A stretch of DNA of 64,000 nucleotides. Source: Vulcanimicrobiota bacterium. GTDB lineage: Bacteria > Vulcanimicrobiota > Vulcanimicrobiia > Vulcanimicrobiales > Vulcanimicrobiaceae. The stretch covers positions 3,456,001-3,520,000 of the forward strand of contig OY970223.1 in assembly GCA_963714015.1 (NCBI GenBank), read 5' to 3'. The notes below the pieces were generated by a model, which did no database searches, was not told where the DNA came from, and saw only the letters and a program-made list of their open reading frames with translations. The first letter of the stretch is position 1, and each line of letters starts with the position of its first letter. The position numbers and the translations under genes are program-made. This document shows, one piece after another, positions 49,426 to 59,526 of this stretch.

Positions 49426-50532
49426 ATGGCCGCGATAGGCGACGTCTGCGCGGTCGCCGGCGGCATCGTGATTCTCGGCGTCGCGCTGGTAGACGTCTTT
49501 CAAACGGTTATCGTCCCGCGCGCCGAGGATACGTTCTTTCGCGTCAGCCGCTACCTGACGCGCATGGTTTGGCGGCTCTGGCCGCCGCTGGGGCGCACGC
49601 TGCATCCTGCAAACGATCGCGCCCGCGAAGACTGGCTTGGGACGTTCGCGCCGTTCGCGCTCATGCTCGAACTGGGGCTCTGGGTCGCGATGCTGCTGCT
49701 CGGGTGGGGACTTCTTTTTTACGGTTTGCGCGCTCAGTTGCATCCGTCGAATCCGTCCTTCGGATCGGCGGTCTATTTTGCGGGAACTTCGCTGATGACG
49801 ATTGGGTACGGCGACATCGTTCCGACGACCACTCTGACGCGCATGCTCGCCATACTCGCGGCAGGGTCGGGTTTAGGCGTGGTCGCCATCGTCATCTCAT
49901 TTTTGTTTGCGGTCTTCGGATCGTTCCAGCGCCGTGAGACGTTCGTCGTGACGATTGGCGCTCGCGCCGGCGTCCCCCCGAGCGGCGTGGGTCTGTTGGC
50001 GGTGCACGCGCGAGCCGGAATTCTCGGCGATTTGGGGCAGGTCTTCAGGCAAGGCCAGACCTGGACCGCCGAAGTGATGGAAAGCCATCTCGCGTATCCA
50101 ATCCTGATCTATTTCCGGTCGAGTCACGATTACGAATCATGGGTCGGGACGCTCGGAACGTTGCTCGATGCAGCGGCGCTCGTCATGAGCACGTTGGACA
50201 CGCAATCGATGGAAGATGCTCAGACGCAGGGCCAAGCGCAGATTCTATACGAGCTCGGCCGCCATCTCGTGGTAGATTTTTCAACGTACTTCGGATCGTT
50301 CGATCTCGCCGCCCCCGATCGTTCGGTAGGCGTGGAACGCGGCGAATTCGATGCGGCCTGCGATCATCTCGAGCAAAAAGGCTACCGTATTTGCGCGCGA
50401 GACGCCGCTTGGACCGAGTTCGCGCGACTGCGTTCGGCGTATGCGGAACCGCTCAACGCGCTTGCCAGATGGCTCGAGATCCCGCCCGTGCAATGGGTCG
50501 GCGATCGATCGCTCATCCACGTTCACCAGTAG
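49426..50532 (+). CDS. Potassium channel family protein (ion-transport-2 pore)
   Basis: Selectivity filter TIGYGD between TM helices. Confidence 0.88.
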   Translation: MAAIGDVCAVAGGIVILGVALVDVFQTVIVPRAEDTFFRVSRYLTRMVWRLWPPLGRTLHPANDRAREDWLGTFAPFALMLELGLWVAMLLLGWGLLFYGLRAQLHPSNPSFGSAVYFAGTSLMTIGYGDIVPTTTLTRMLAILAAGSGLGVVAIVISFLFAVFGSFQRRETFVVTIGARAGVPPSGVGLLAVHARAGILGDLGQVFRQGQTWTAEVMESHLAYPILIYFRSSHDYESWVGTLGTLLDAAALVMSTLDTQSMEDAQTQGQAQILYELGRHLVVDFSTYFGSFDLAAPDRSVGVERGEFDAACDHLEQKGYRICARDAAWTEFARLRSAYAEPLNALARWLEIPPVQWVGDRSLIHVHQ

Positions 50533-50636
50533 CCTTCTGCATTGGTCCGGAGCCACTCAATCACTGATGGATTGGGGTTGTAGCGCTTCGAAGAGACCGG
50601 CTACGCAGTGGCCCCGCGGCGGATCGCCGGAATACG

Positions 50637-50786
50637 CTAGTACGAGAGGATTTGCAAGCCGGCCATGAGACGCTGGCCGATCGCCAAGAGATGAAACGAG
50701 AGCACCATGTCGGCGATCACCTGCGCGGCGCCCAGCGCAACGAACGTGGAGCCGACTACAATTACAAAGACGCCCACGACGTACAT
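50637..50786 (-). CDS. Small hydrophobic protein (49 aa)
   Basis: My translation: MYVVGVFVIVVGSTFVALGAAQVIADMVLSFHLLAIGQRLMAGLQILSY. AGGAG SD 9 nt upstream, overlapping the cupin stop. Confidence 0.5.
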   Translation of the reverse strand: MYVVGVFVIVVGSTFVALGAAQVIADMVLSFHLLAIGQRLMAGLQILSY

Positions 50787-50798
50787 ATCGTCAGTCTC

Positions 50799-51860
50799 CT
50801 AGCCGGCAAGAATCGGCGGAACGTTCAGCAACCCTGAAGCGCCAAGGTCTGAAAGCTCCTGCGTCCAGGCGCTCATTTTCTGCTCGGGATCGAAGCCGGG
50901 GAAGTGCGCCGCAATCAAGTGTTGCATCGCCGTTCGGCTTGGGATACTGGTCAGCATCGCGAGAAAAAACCGATGCTCCGGATTGCGGGTCTTTTTCATG
51001 GCATTTTTGATCGCGGCTCTTCGTCGTTTTCCGTCGAACGCGTCTGTGGCGACGCTCACCAAATCCGAGTGGCGCTGCCGCAAAGTCTCCATGAGGACCG
51101 CAAAGGTTTCCCAGTGTCCGGTGTCCTTGGACGCAGACTCGACGACTTTGAATGCCGTCCAAAAGTCGGCGTTTGCGACCAGATTCCCGGCGAGATCGAG
51201 AAAGAGCCGGTGATCGGCGACCTGGAGAGCTTGCACAAGCGCGAGCTGCGTTTCCAGTGGTTCGGGATGATGGAACGGATCTATCGCAAGGCCGGGGTGA
51301 TAGTACCGGTACTGCGGCGCGTAAGCCGGAAGCGAAACCGTTCGCACGACCAAACTGATCGACGGCGGCTCCAGATGGAGCAGCGAATGAATGAACCGCT
51401 CACCAGGATAAATCGTCCGGACGTCGCCGCGCTCGAGCAACTCACCCGCGAGAAAGCCGAGATTCCCGAGCAACAAGTGAGGGCACACGCGCTCGGCGCA
51501 CTCGAAACGATACTCGCTGTGAAAGCTGGAGCCTTGCAATACGCCGAAAGCTCCCGCGAAGCCGTGCTGATGGATCGACGTCGGACGGTCAATCCACAAC
51601 AGAACCTCGATGTAAAATCCGCGCCCTTCGTAGACTTTGACCGGCGGTTGGCCGAAGCCGTTGAGGCGTTGTGCCGGCAGGGCGTTCGAATACAACGTCC
51701 ATTCGGCGATTTGATCGAGCGTGGTCGTTTTCAGAATCCCGGAGTCACGCAGAGCCGCCGTCGCGATCTCGGGGAATCGGTCCGCGTCGTTCCCGCACGC
51801 TTGCCAGGCGCGCGCTACCTGCTCCCCGAGCTCTTGGAAATTCGGCATTTCCTCCAGCAT
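50799..51860 (-). CDS. Hypothetical protein with cysteine-dioxygenase-like 3-His cupin motif
   Basis: TSIHQHGFAGAFGVLQG...GDVRTI..FIHSL..PSISLVV. Confidence 0.65.
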   Translation of the reverse strand: MLEEMPNFQELGEQVARAWQACGNDADRFPEIATAALRDSGILKTTTLDQIAEWTLYSNALPAQRLNGFGQPPVKVYEGRGFYIEVLLWIDRPTSIHQHGFAGAFGVLQGSSFHSEYRFECAERVCPHLLLGNLGFLAGELLERGDVRTIYPGERFIHSLLHLEPPSISLVVRTVSLPAYAPQYRYYHPGLAIDPFHHPEPLETQLALVQALQVADHRLFLDLAGNLVANADFWTAFKVVESASKDTGHWETFAVLMETLRQRHSDLVSVATDAFDGKRRRAAIKNAMKKTRNPEHRFFLAMLTSIPSRTAMQHLIAAHFPGFDPEQKMSAWTQELSDLGASGLLNVPPILAG

Positions 51861-51983
51861 ACGGAAGCAGAGCCCCGCGGCACACGTGCCTGCGTATCAC
51901 GGGGGAATGAGCCGAACAGTTCGGCTCGGCATAGGCTCAAGCGCTCAGCCGCGGACCGAGGCGGCACAAAGTCTTCGTGCGGC

Positions 51984-52679
51984 TTAGAGTCCGTGGCGCG
52001 CGTCGTACCGGTGCAGAAACTTCTTCGCGTCTTCAATCGGCAGCGCGAAGCCGATCGAGTGCTCCTCGTCAAAACGTGATTCCGCCATTCCGACGATCTC
52101 GCCGTTGTCGCTCAAAAACACGGGAGCGCCGCTCTCGCCCGGTACGATCTGCAGCGTCACCTCCATCGCATCTTCGCGCAAAGAAGAGATGCGGCCCGAA
52201 TCGAGCGAGGTGGCCAGGCCGAGCCCTTCGTCGTCGAATTGATCCGGAATCGGATACCCGAGCAGTCCAATCATTCTGCCGGGCTGCGCGTCGGCCGACG
52301 AACCCAGCGACGCCGTGGGAAGATTTCCCCGGCGCGTGCGAACGAGCGCGATGTCCAAATCCTTGTCCGCAGCTACGACGCGCGCCGGCACTTTTTGTTT
52401 GTTCCCGATCGTTGCCTGCAGGTTCCACGCCTGATCGATCGCGTGCTGAACGGTGAGAATATCAGTGCCCCACGCACCGCTTGCGACGATCGTTCCCGTT
52501 GCGTACTCGTCGTCCGGAGGAGATTTTCTCGTATCGCCCGGCACCTTCATCGACAATAACACGACGGCAGGACGCAACTTATCGGCGGAATGAACGAAGT
52601 CGTCGTCCGGGCTACGCCCGGCGCAGCCGAAAAACGCAAAAATCGCCACGGCGAAAGAAAGAATAATGGGAGAACGCAT
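51984..52679 (-). CDS. Trypsin-like (S1) serine protease lipoprotein, no PDZ
   Basis: Lipobox FFGC. Catalytic triad motifs TVQH, DIAL, GESGAP. Confidence 0.88.
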   Translation of the reverse strand: MRSPIILSFAVAIFAFFGCAGRSPDDDFVHSADKLRPAVVLLSMKVPGDTRKSPPDDEYATGTIVASGAWGTDILTVQHAIDQAWNLQATIGNKQKVPARVVAADKDLDIALVRTRRGNLPTASLGSSADAQPGRMIGLLGYPIPDQFDDEGLGLATSLDSGRISSLREDAMEVTLQIVPGESGAPVFLSDNGEIVGMAESRFDEEHSIGFALPIEDAKKFLHRYDARHGL

Positions 52680-52687
52680 GGGAGCGC

Positions 52688-53779
52688 CTATGAATGCGGC
52701 ACCGCCGCCGCCAGCGCCTCTTTCAGATCATCTAAACCGCTGCCCAGGCGAGCGCTGATCTGCAGCGCGCCGCGCAGGTGCGGCAATTCCCCCGCAACGG
52801 CGTCACACTTATTCAAGACGATGACTCTCGGCTTGTGCTCGAGACCGAGACCGTGCAGCGTCGAATCGACCGCTTGCATTTGACGAGGCCAATCCGCGTT
52901 CGAAGCGTCCACGACGTGCACGAGAAGATCCGCCTCGTTCAGCTCCTCCAGCGTCGCGCGAAATGCGTTGATCAAGTCTTTCGGCAGGTCCGTGATGAAG
53001 CCGACCGTGTCGACGACCCGCACGTATCGCTCGCCCGTCAGCCAGACCCGCCGCATCGTCGGATCGAGGGTCGCAAAAGGCTGATCGGCGACGAGCGCGT
53101 TGGCGCGGGCGAGCCGGTTGAGCAGCGAACTCTTGCCCACGTTGGTGTATCCCACCAGGGCTGCCAGCGGCTCGCGATGGGGAGCTGCTCGCCGGGTGGC
53201 GCGCTGCCGGCGCACTTCCTCCAGCTGACGATTGAGCACGCTGATGCGTTGCTGAATGCGCCGCCGGTCGACCTCGAGTCTGGTTTCGCCGGGTCCGCGC
53301 GTGCCGATGCCGCCGCCGAGCCGCGAGAGATCCGCTCCCACACCGATCAAATTGGACTGCCGGTACCGCAGCTGCGCGAGTTCGACTTGAAGCTTGCCTT
53401 CGCGGCTGCGCGCATGCCGGGCAAACACGTCCAATATGAGCATTGTCCGGTCGACGATGGGCAACGGAACGATCTTCTCCAAGTTTCTGCGCTGACGGGG
53501 ACGCAAATCGTTGAGCACCAGCAGCAAATCGACGCCCAAAGCCTTTGCGACCTCGGCGATCTCCCGAGCCTTTCCCGTTCCGACGAGCGTCGCGGGATCG
53601 ACCTGCTCGCGCCGTTGCACGATCCGTTCCACGATTGCGGCTCCCGAAGCCGCTGCCAGCGCTTCGAGTTCGGCAAGCTCCGGTTCGATTGGCCGGCGTT
53701 CGTCGCGCGTGTCCACGGCGACGATCAGCGCGCGGGAGCCGGTCCCGTCTGTGCCTGCTGCAAGCGTTCGATTAGCCAT
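52688..53779 (-). CDS. hflX: GTPase HflX
   Basis: EGKLQVELAQL, GGGIGTRGPGET, GYTNVGKSSL, FATLDPT, DTVGF, NKCD. Confidence 0.96.
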   Translation of the reverse strand: MANRTLAAGTDGTGSRALIVAVDTRDERRPIEPELAELEALAAASGAAIVERIVQRREQVDPATLVGTGKAREIAEVAKALGVDLLLVLNDLRPRQRRNLEKIVPLPIVDRTMLILDVFARHARSREGKLQVELAQLRYRQSNLIGVGADLSRLGGGIGTRGPGETRLEVDRRRIQQRISVLNRQLEEVRRQRATRRAAPHREPLAALVGYTNVGKSSLLNRLARANALVADQPFATLDPTMRRVWLTGERYVRVVDTVGFITDLPKDLINAFRATLEELNEADLLVHVVDASNADWPRQMQAVDSTLHGLGLEHKPRVIVLNKCDAVAGELPHLRGALQISARLGSGLDDLKEALAAAVPHS

Positions 53780-54576
53780 TGGAGTCCTTCATTATAACGA
53801 GGTCCGGGACGCACCAGAATCGAGTCGTCCGCAGGAAAGTAGACCCGCTTTGTCTCGACCGCTCGAAGCGAGCGCCACGGCTCGCGATCCAATGCCAGGC
53901 GCAAACCGGAGTCCGAGGGCGCAATGACGACGTCGGGCTGCAGCCGCACCAGCGCTTCGGCGCTGTACTGCGCATACGGCCGCGGCAGCGACTGCACCGC
54001 GTTGCTTCCGCCGGCCAAAGCGATCAGCTGCGCAATATAGGAGTGCGGCCCCACCGTCCAAATCGGCTGCGCCTGCACCACAACGAACACCGAGAGTCGG
54101 CGCCTAAAGTGCTCGGCGCGCCGCAAAGCGCCGGTTCGAGCTTGCAAATCGGCAACGAGGCGCGAGGCTTGCGCGCTCCGTCCGCTGAGCCTTCCCAGTC
54201 CAACGATGTCGCTGAAGATCTCGGCGTAGGTGTCGTCGGGGAAAAACCGCACCGGAATGCCGGCACGGCGCACGGGTTCCGTCAAGAGCCGCTGCGCCGG
54301 AATGCCGGCGACCGCGTCCGCGTGCAAACTGAGAATCCGTTCCGTGTCGATGCTCGAGGCGTTGCCCACCTGCGGAACGCCCTTGACGCAAGGTATGTCT
54401 TGACTGTATTCGGAGACGCCGACGATCTGCGGTCGCGCGCCGAGCGCGCAGAGGTCTTCGGTGAGGGAAGGCATCAGCGAAACGATGCGATGCGCCGGGC
54501 CCGACGCCGCACGCTGCGGCGAGCCGGCGCACGCGCAGCACGACGCGGCCAGCAAGACGGCGGCACAGGCTTTCAT
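53725..54576 (-). CDS. btuF: Cobalamin ABC transporter substrate-binding lipoprotein (BtuF-like)
   Basis: RIVSLMPSLTE, IVGVS, LAGGSN, RPGPR. Adjacent to the B12 riboswitch and btuBCD. Confidence 0.82.
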   Translation of the reverse strand: MKACAAVLLAASCCACAGSPQRAASGPAHRIVSLMPSLTEDLCALGARPQIVGVSEYSQDIPCVKGVPQVGNASSIDTERILSLHADAVAGIPAQRLLTEPVRRAGIPVRFFPDDTYAEIFSDIVGLGRLSGRSAQASRLVADLQARTGALRRAEHFRRRLSVFVVVQAQPIWTVGPHSYIAQLIALAGGSNAVQSLPRPYAQYSAEALVRLQPDVVIAPSDSGLRLALDREPWRSLRAVETKRVYFPADDSILVRPGPRYNEGLQWLIERLQQAQTGPAPAR

Positions 54577-54617
54577 CGCAACGCGCCATTCCCCGACCAG
54601 GAACGCCCGCCTCCCCG

Positions 54618-54776
54618 CGGTATAGCAGTTCGTTCACGCTTGCGCGAGGGAAGCCGGTCCAAGGCCGGCACGGTCGCGCCACTGTAGGCGGGGAGCCGCC
54701 CGAACGTCACTCCCGCACTGGGGGGAAGGCACGGGCACGGGGCTACGATCCGCGAGTCAGGATACCACCGCAAGCG
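54618..54776 (+). promoter_or_regulatory. Cobalamin riboswitch
   Basis: AGGGAAGCCGGT..AA..CCGGCACGGTCGCGCCACTGTA, CACTG..GGGAAG, B12 box GAGTCAGGATACC, stem CGCTTGCG/CGCAAGCG. Upstream of a TonB-dependent receptor. Confidence 0.92.
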
Positions 54777-54812
54777 CCGCTGACAACCGCCTCGCGCAAA
54801 GGAAAGGTTCGA

Positions 54813-56654
54813 ATGACTCATCTTTGCATACGTGCTCGGCGCGCTGCTTGCGCTTGCACCTTCGCCCTCACCATCCCCGTCACCAGCTGCGGAAATAGCG
54901 CACGTCTATACCTCCGATCGCTCCGATGAAACGCTGAACAACGCAGCGCGGAGCACCTACGTCGTCACGAGTGAAGAGATTGCCCGCAACGGTTATCGAA
55001 CCGTTGCGCAGGCGCTCCAAGACGTCCCCGGTGTCGAACTCTCCGAACTCGGACCTATCGGATCGAACGTGGAGTTCGGCGTGCGCGGAAGCGCATCGTC
55101 CGAAGTGCTCGTGCTGATCGACGGACTGCCCGCGCCGGGTATGTTTTCGAACACCGTCGAGCTCGGGAACCTGCCGACGACCGGCGTCGATCGAATCGAA
55201 GTCGTCGAAGGCGGCGGATCGACGCTCTACGGCACGGGCGCCATGGGCGGGATCATCAACGTGATCACGCAGCGCTCGGCAAACACGAGCGCGACGGCGC
55301 GTTACGGATCCTTCGGCGATCAAGAACTGTATCTCAACACCGAACACGTGCAAGTCTCACGCGTGGTCGCGGCCAACGACTTCGGTTTGCCGGGCGGATC
55401 GACGCGACCCGACAGCGACTACGCTTCTTCGTCCATTCATGGAAACGAAGCGTGGTCGATGGGCTCCTTCGATGCCGCAATACGCGCAGGAATCGAGTCG
55501 GACCGCTTGGGCGCTCCCGGAAGCGATTCGTTTCTCTCCCCAACCTCACGCGAGAGTGACCTGAACGAGAACGCCGATTTCACGCTGACGCGGCGTACGG
55601 CGCAAGCGCAAAGCGCGCTGCAGCTGGGTGTCACGCGACAGCAGATTGAGTTTCTCTGCGAGGCGGCCGTCGATCCGAACTGCGGCTTCGCCAATCCTGC
55701 ACTCGATACGGAAAACCGCTTTGACTTCGGCGCGCGCAACACGATTACGGGCGCAGACGAACAGACGCTGTACGGGATCGATCTCTCGCGCGGGGTCGTG
55801 CGCAGCGACAGCGGCGGGGAGGTTACGCCGCCCACGGCGCCGGTTTCGACGGATGCACTTGCCCAAGCCGCTGCATACGTGCAGCAGCGGTTCGATCAGT
55901 CGTGGGGAGACGCGTACGCCGGAATTCGGGGCGAACGCGACGGCGGTTTGGGCGGCGAGTTCTCCCCGTCCGCCGGCTTCGTGTACCGGCTTTCGAACGA
56001 AGCGGCGATCAAGGGCAACGCGGCGACGGCATTCCGGGCGCCGAACGCAGGCGAACTTTACTTTCCCGGCTTCGGCAATCCCGCGCTTCAACCGGAGCGC
56101 GCCAAAGTGTTGGATCTCGCGGTGAGCGATTCGCATTTTGCCGGCGGCGCATCGCTGGGCTGGTTCTCCAACCGCACGAACGATCTCATTGCGTACGATT
56201 TCACGACGAACACCGACGAGCAGATCGATCGTGCGTTTTTGCAAGGCCTCACGTTCGATATGCGTACACCGGTCTACAACGGTTATGCGATGTCGTTCAA
56301 TTTGACGGATCTTTACCGCGCGCAGAACGTCGATACGCAGACGCGTCTGGCAAACGATCCGGTTATCGCCTCGAATCTTCGCTTGGACTACACGGCGCAT
56401 TCCACCGGCCCTCTCGACGGCTGGGGGATTGTGCTGCGAACGAGCGGTCAACGCGGCAAGCGTCGATACGTCGCTGCCGGCGTACGATCAGCCGGTCGAA
56501 TACGCAACGCTCGAACGCGTATCTGCGAGTGCGCGCCGGAAATGCCGCGCTCGTGACGCTGCGCGGGTTCAACATCGGAAACGAGCGGTATGCGACGGTT
56601 TCCGGCTATCCGATGCCCGGGCGTTCGTTCATGGTGGAGGTTTCGGCGAAGTAG
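54813..56654 (+). CDS. btuB: TonB-dependent cobalamin receptor (frameshifts near 54823 and 56457)
   Basis: Plug motifs VLVLIDG and RIEVVEGGGSTLYGTGAMGGIINVIT, AFRAPN, C-terminal NIGNERY..GYPMPGRSF. ATG 54813 follows an AAGGAAAGG SD. Confidence 0.88.
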
Positions 56655-56655
56655 C

Positions 56656-57640
56656 ATGATCGCGCGCCTGGCAGGCTTGGCGGCACTGACGCTTGCGGCG
56701 TTGCTGGGCGCGTTGCTCGCCGGCGGTACATGGCTCGCGCCGGCGCAAGTCGTCCTCGCGCTCCAACACCCGCATGGCGGCGATGCCGCAATCATCGTGT
56801 GGCAACTGCGGCTTCCGCGCGTCGTCATCGGCGCGACGGTCGGCGCGTCGCTGGGAATCGCCGGCGCGCTGCTGCAGGGAATGCTGCGAAATCCGCTCGT
56901 CGATCCGTTCTTGACCGGCGTAAGCGCGGGCGCGGCGGTGGCGATCGTCGCGGGCATGGCAGCCGGCGTGGCCGCCGCTGCATTACCGGCCCTCGGATTT
57001 GCCGCGGGCATGGGGACGGCACTCTTCGTCGCCGTCCTCGCTCGCCGCGGCAGCGGCATCGATTCGGCGCGGCTCATCCTAGCCGGAGTCTCGCTCTCCT
57101 CGCTCTTCTCTGCCATGATCGCGCTGATACTGACGCGTCTGCAGAGCGCCGACTCGGCGCCGGCGATCATCGGCTGGCTCGCGGGTTCGCTTGCCGGACG
57201 CGGTTGGAGCGATCTCGCGTTCGCATTACCCTATGCCGCCTGCGGGGCGTGTCCTTGCACTCGCGTGCGTTCCGGCGCTCAATGCGATGCGCCTGGGCGA
57301 CGTGCGCGCCGCCTCCGTCGGCGTGGACGTGAATCGAGCACAATGGCTGATCCTCGCGGCGAGCGCGCTCCTCACGGCGTCCTCGGTCACGCTCGCAGGC
57401 ACGGTCGGATTCGTCGGGCTTATCGTTCCGCACATCGCCCGTCGCGCAACCGGCTCGGACACTCGCTTCGTCATTCCGGCCTCGGCGCTGCTCGGCGCTG
57501 CCCTGACAGTACTCGCGGATGCGCTCTGCCGGACAATCGCCGCTCCGACGGAGATTCCCATCGGCGTACTGCTGGCGTTCGTCGGCGTGCCTGCATTCTT
57601 GTACCTCTACCTGCACGCGGAACGCGCTCCATCGGTATGA
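56656..57640 (+). CDS. btuC: FecCD/BtuC-family ABC permease (frameshift near 57245)
   Basis: LRLPR, LRNPLVDPFLTGVSAGA, GFVGLIVPHIARR, EIPIG. Confidence 0.87.
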
Positions 57641-58426
57641 TCGCAGCCCGCAACTTGGAACTGCGCGCCGGCACGCGCACGCTGCTCTCGGATACTTCAT
57701 TTGAAATAGCGCGCGGCGAATTCACCGCCGTCCTCGGTCCCAACGGCGCCGGAAAGACGACGCTGCTCCGCACGCTCGCCGGGGTGGTTCCTCCGGCCGC
57801 AGGCAGCGTGCTGCTGGGAACCGGACGACGTGCGGACGATGCCGCCGTCTTTGCGCGCACAAGCAATAGCATATCTCGCCAGCGAAGAGATCTTCGTCGA
57901 TCAGCTGGCCGTTCGGGACGTCGTTTCTGCCGGACGATATCCGCATCACCGCTGGTATCAATGGCGCGAGGACGAGCGGGACGATCGAACGATAGCATCT
58001 GCGCTGCAGTCCGTGGGAATGCGCGCGTTCGAAGAGCGGCGTTTTTCGACGCTCTCGAGCGGCGAACGCCAGCGCGTTTGGCTTGCGATGGCGCTCGCGC
58101 AGGAAGCTCCGCTGCTGCTGCTTGACGAGCCCACGAGTCATCTCGACGTGCGAACCGCTCAAGAGATGCTGCAGTTGCTGCGTTCGCAGGTTCGCCGAGA
58201 AAAAAGCGTCGTCTGCGTTCTGCACGACGTCAACGAGGCGGCCGAGTTCGCCGATCGAATCATCTTGCTCGACGGCCGCAGCATGCTCGCATTCGACAGC
58301 GCATCGAACGTGCTCACCTCGCCGTTGCTGGACCGTGCTTATGGAACGGCCTTGGAAAGAGTTCGCACCCCGTCCGGACGCTTACGCGTTTTTCCCGCCG
58401 CAGAAAGCAGCTCAACCGAGCCGTAG
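57637..58426 (+). CDS. btuD: Cobalamin/iron ABC transporter ATPase (frameshift near 57823)
   Basis: GPNGAGKT, LSSGERQR, LLLLDEPTSHLD, LHD. Confidence 0.87.
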
Positions 58427-58471
58427 TGCGCGCGCCCTTCGTTTACAGATCGCTCGAAGGGAGTTGCTCGA

Positions 58472-59011
58472 ATGAAAACTATCGTTACGGCAATGGCGGC
58501 TCTACTCGCATTCGGTTCGGCCGTCTCAGCCGCAGGCGCTCAGCAATACGGCAATTACGGAAACCAGTACGGATCCGCTAATAACGGCGATAACGCGCAA
58601 TGCCGGTACGAAACGAGGCAGCAGCGCCGCGATCGCCGAGAACGCGGAAACTACAACAACAACGACAATGGTAACGAATACTACGGAGGCAACACGTCCT
58701 ACAACGCCGGCAATCCGTATTACAACGGGAACAATCAGTATAACAACGGCGGTCAGCCGTATTACCGAAACGGCACGGGATACTCCGGCGCAAACAATCG
58801 GTGCGCCGATTCCAACGCGACGGTAAGCGGATCGATCGTCGGGATCAACGGGACCCAGGTTACCTTGCAGACCCAAAACAGCCGCACGATAACGATCGAC
58901 GATCGGCCTGCGCTCGATCGCCGGATGTCGGGACGCGTTGCCGTCGGCCGCTTCGTTACGGCTCGCGGCTACTGGAGCAACGGCGTCTTTTACGCTACGG
59001 AACTGGACTAG
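58472..59011 (+). CDS. Secreted Asn/Tyr/Gly-rich protein with C-terminal OB-fold-like domain
   Basis: Signal peptide, low-complexity N/Y/G tract, then VSGSIVGING...VGRFVTARG. Confidence 0.78.
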   Translation: MKTIVTAMAALLAFGSAVSAAGAQQYGNYGNQYGSANNGDNAQCRYETRQQRRDRRERGNYNNNDNGNEYYGGNTSYNAGNPYYNGNNQYNNGGQPYYRNGTGYSGANNRCADSNATVSGSIVGINGTQVTLQTQNSRTITIDDRPALDRRMSGRVAVGRFVTARGYWSNGVFYATELD

Positions 59012-59098
59012 CTGCGCGCTTTGCGCGCTTTCTTGCGGCTCGAGGTTTTGCGATCCGCGCTCTTACGGGCGGTCGTCTTGCGGCCGCCCTTTTTGCAT
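59008..59098 (-). CDS. Possible tiny Lys/Arg-rich peptide (requires removing one A)
   Basis: Reconstructed MQKGGRKTTARKSADRKTSSRKKARKARS. Its TAG overlaps the convergent gene's TAG (CTAG). Confidence 0.3.
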
Positions 59099-59118
59099 TC
59101 GCTGCCTTACGGCCGCGT

Positions 59119-59526
59119 CTACCATTGCGGTTCCGGCTCCGGAATACCGGGGCCGTGAATGTCGGACGAGCTGACCCAACCGTAACGTCCTCGATCTTTG
59201 CCGCTGACGAGCTGCACACCCACCGCGTCTTCGGGCGCCATACGGAATTTGGAATGTACCGCGCCGCCGACGCAACTCTGGACCAGCGCTACCGTTCCGG
59301 GCCGCACGAGGAGCGCGTGCGGGAGCAAGAACTTGCGTGTGTCGGAGGAGCCGGAGGCAAACGAGACCAGCCGGTCGCGATTGTCCCAAACCAGCACGTC
59401 GGGATCGTCTACGCCGCCGAAGAGCGTAATCCGCATGCCGTGCGTTGCCCGGCAAGGCGAAACGGCTGCGGAACTTACGCCGCCTGCGAGTGCGGCGAGT
59501 GCGGCGATCAGCAGCAGCCTACGCAT
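59119..59526 (-). CDS. Secreted hypothetical protein
   Basis: Signal peptide MRRLLLIAALAALAGG. SH3-like ending GRYGWVSSSD. Coupled to the phosphatase gene. Confidence 0.68.
   Translation of the reverse strand: MRRLLLIAALAALAGGVSSAAVSPCRATHGMRITLFGGVDDPDVLVWDNRDRLVSFASGSSDTRKFLLPHALLVRPGTVALVQSCVGGAVHSKFRMAPEDAVGVQLVSGKDRGRYGWVSSSDIHGPGIPEPEPQW

Noticed and set aside
59040..59090. Histone H3 mimicry (KTTARKS versus KQTARKS)
   Set aside because: A short low-complexity match is expected by chance in basic peptides.
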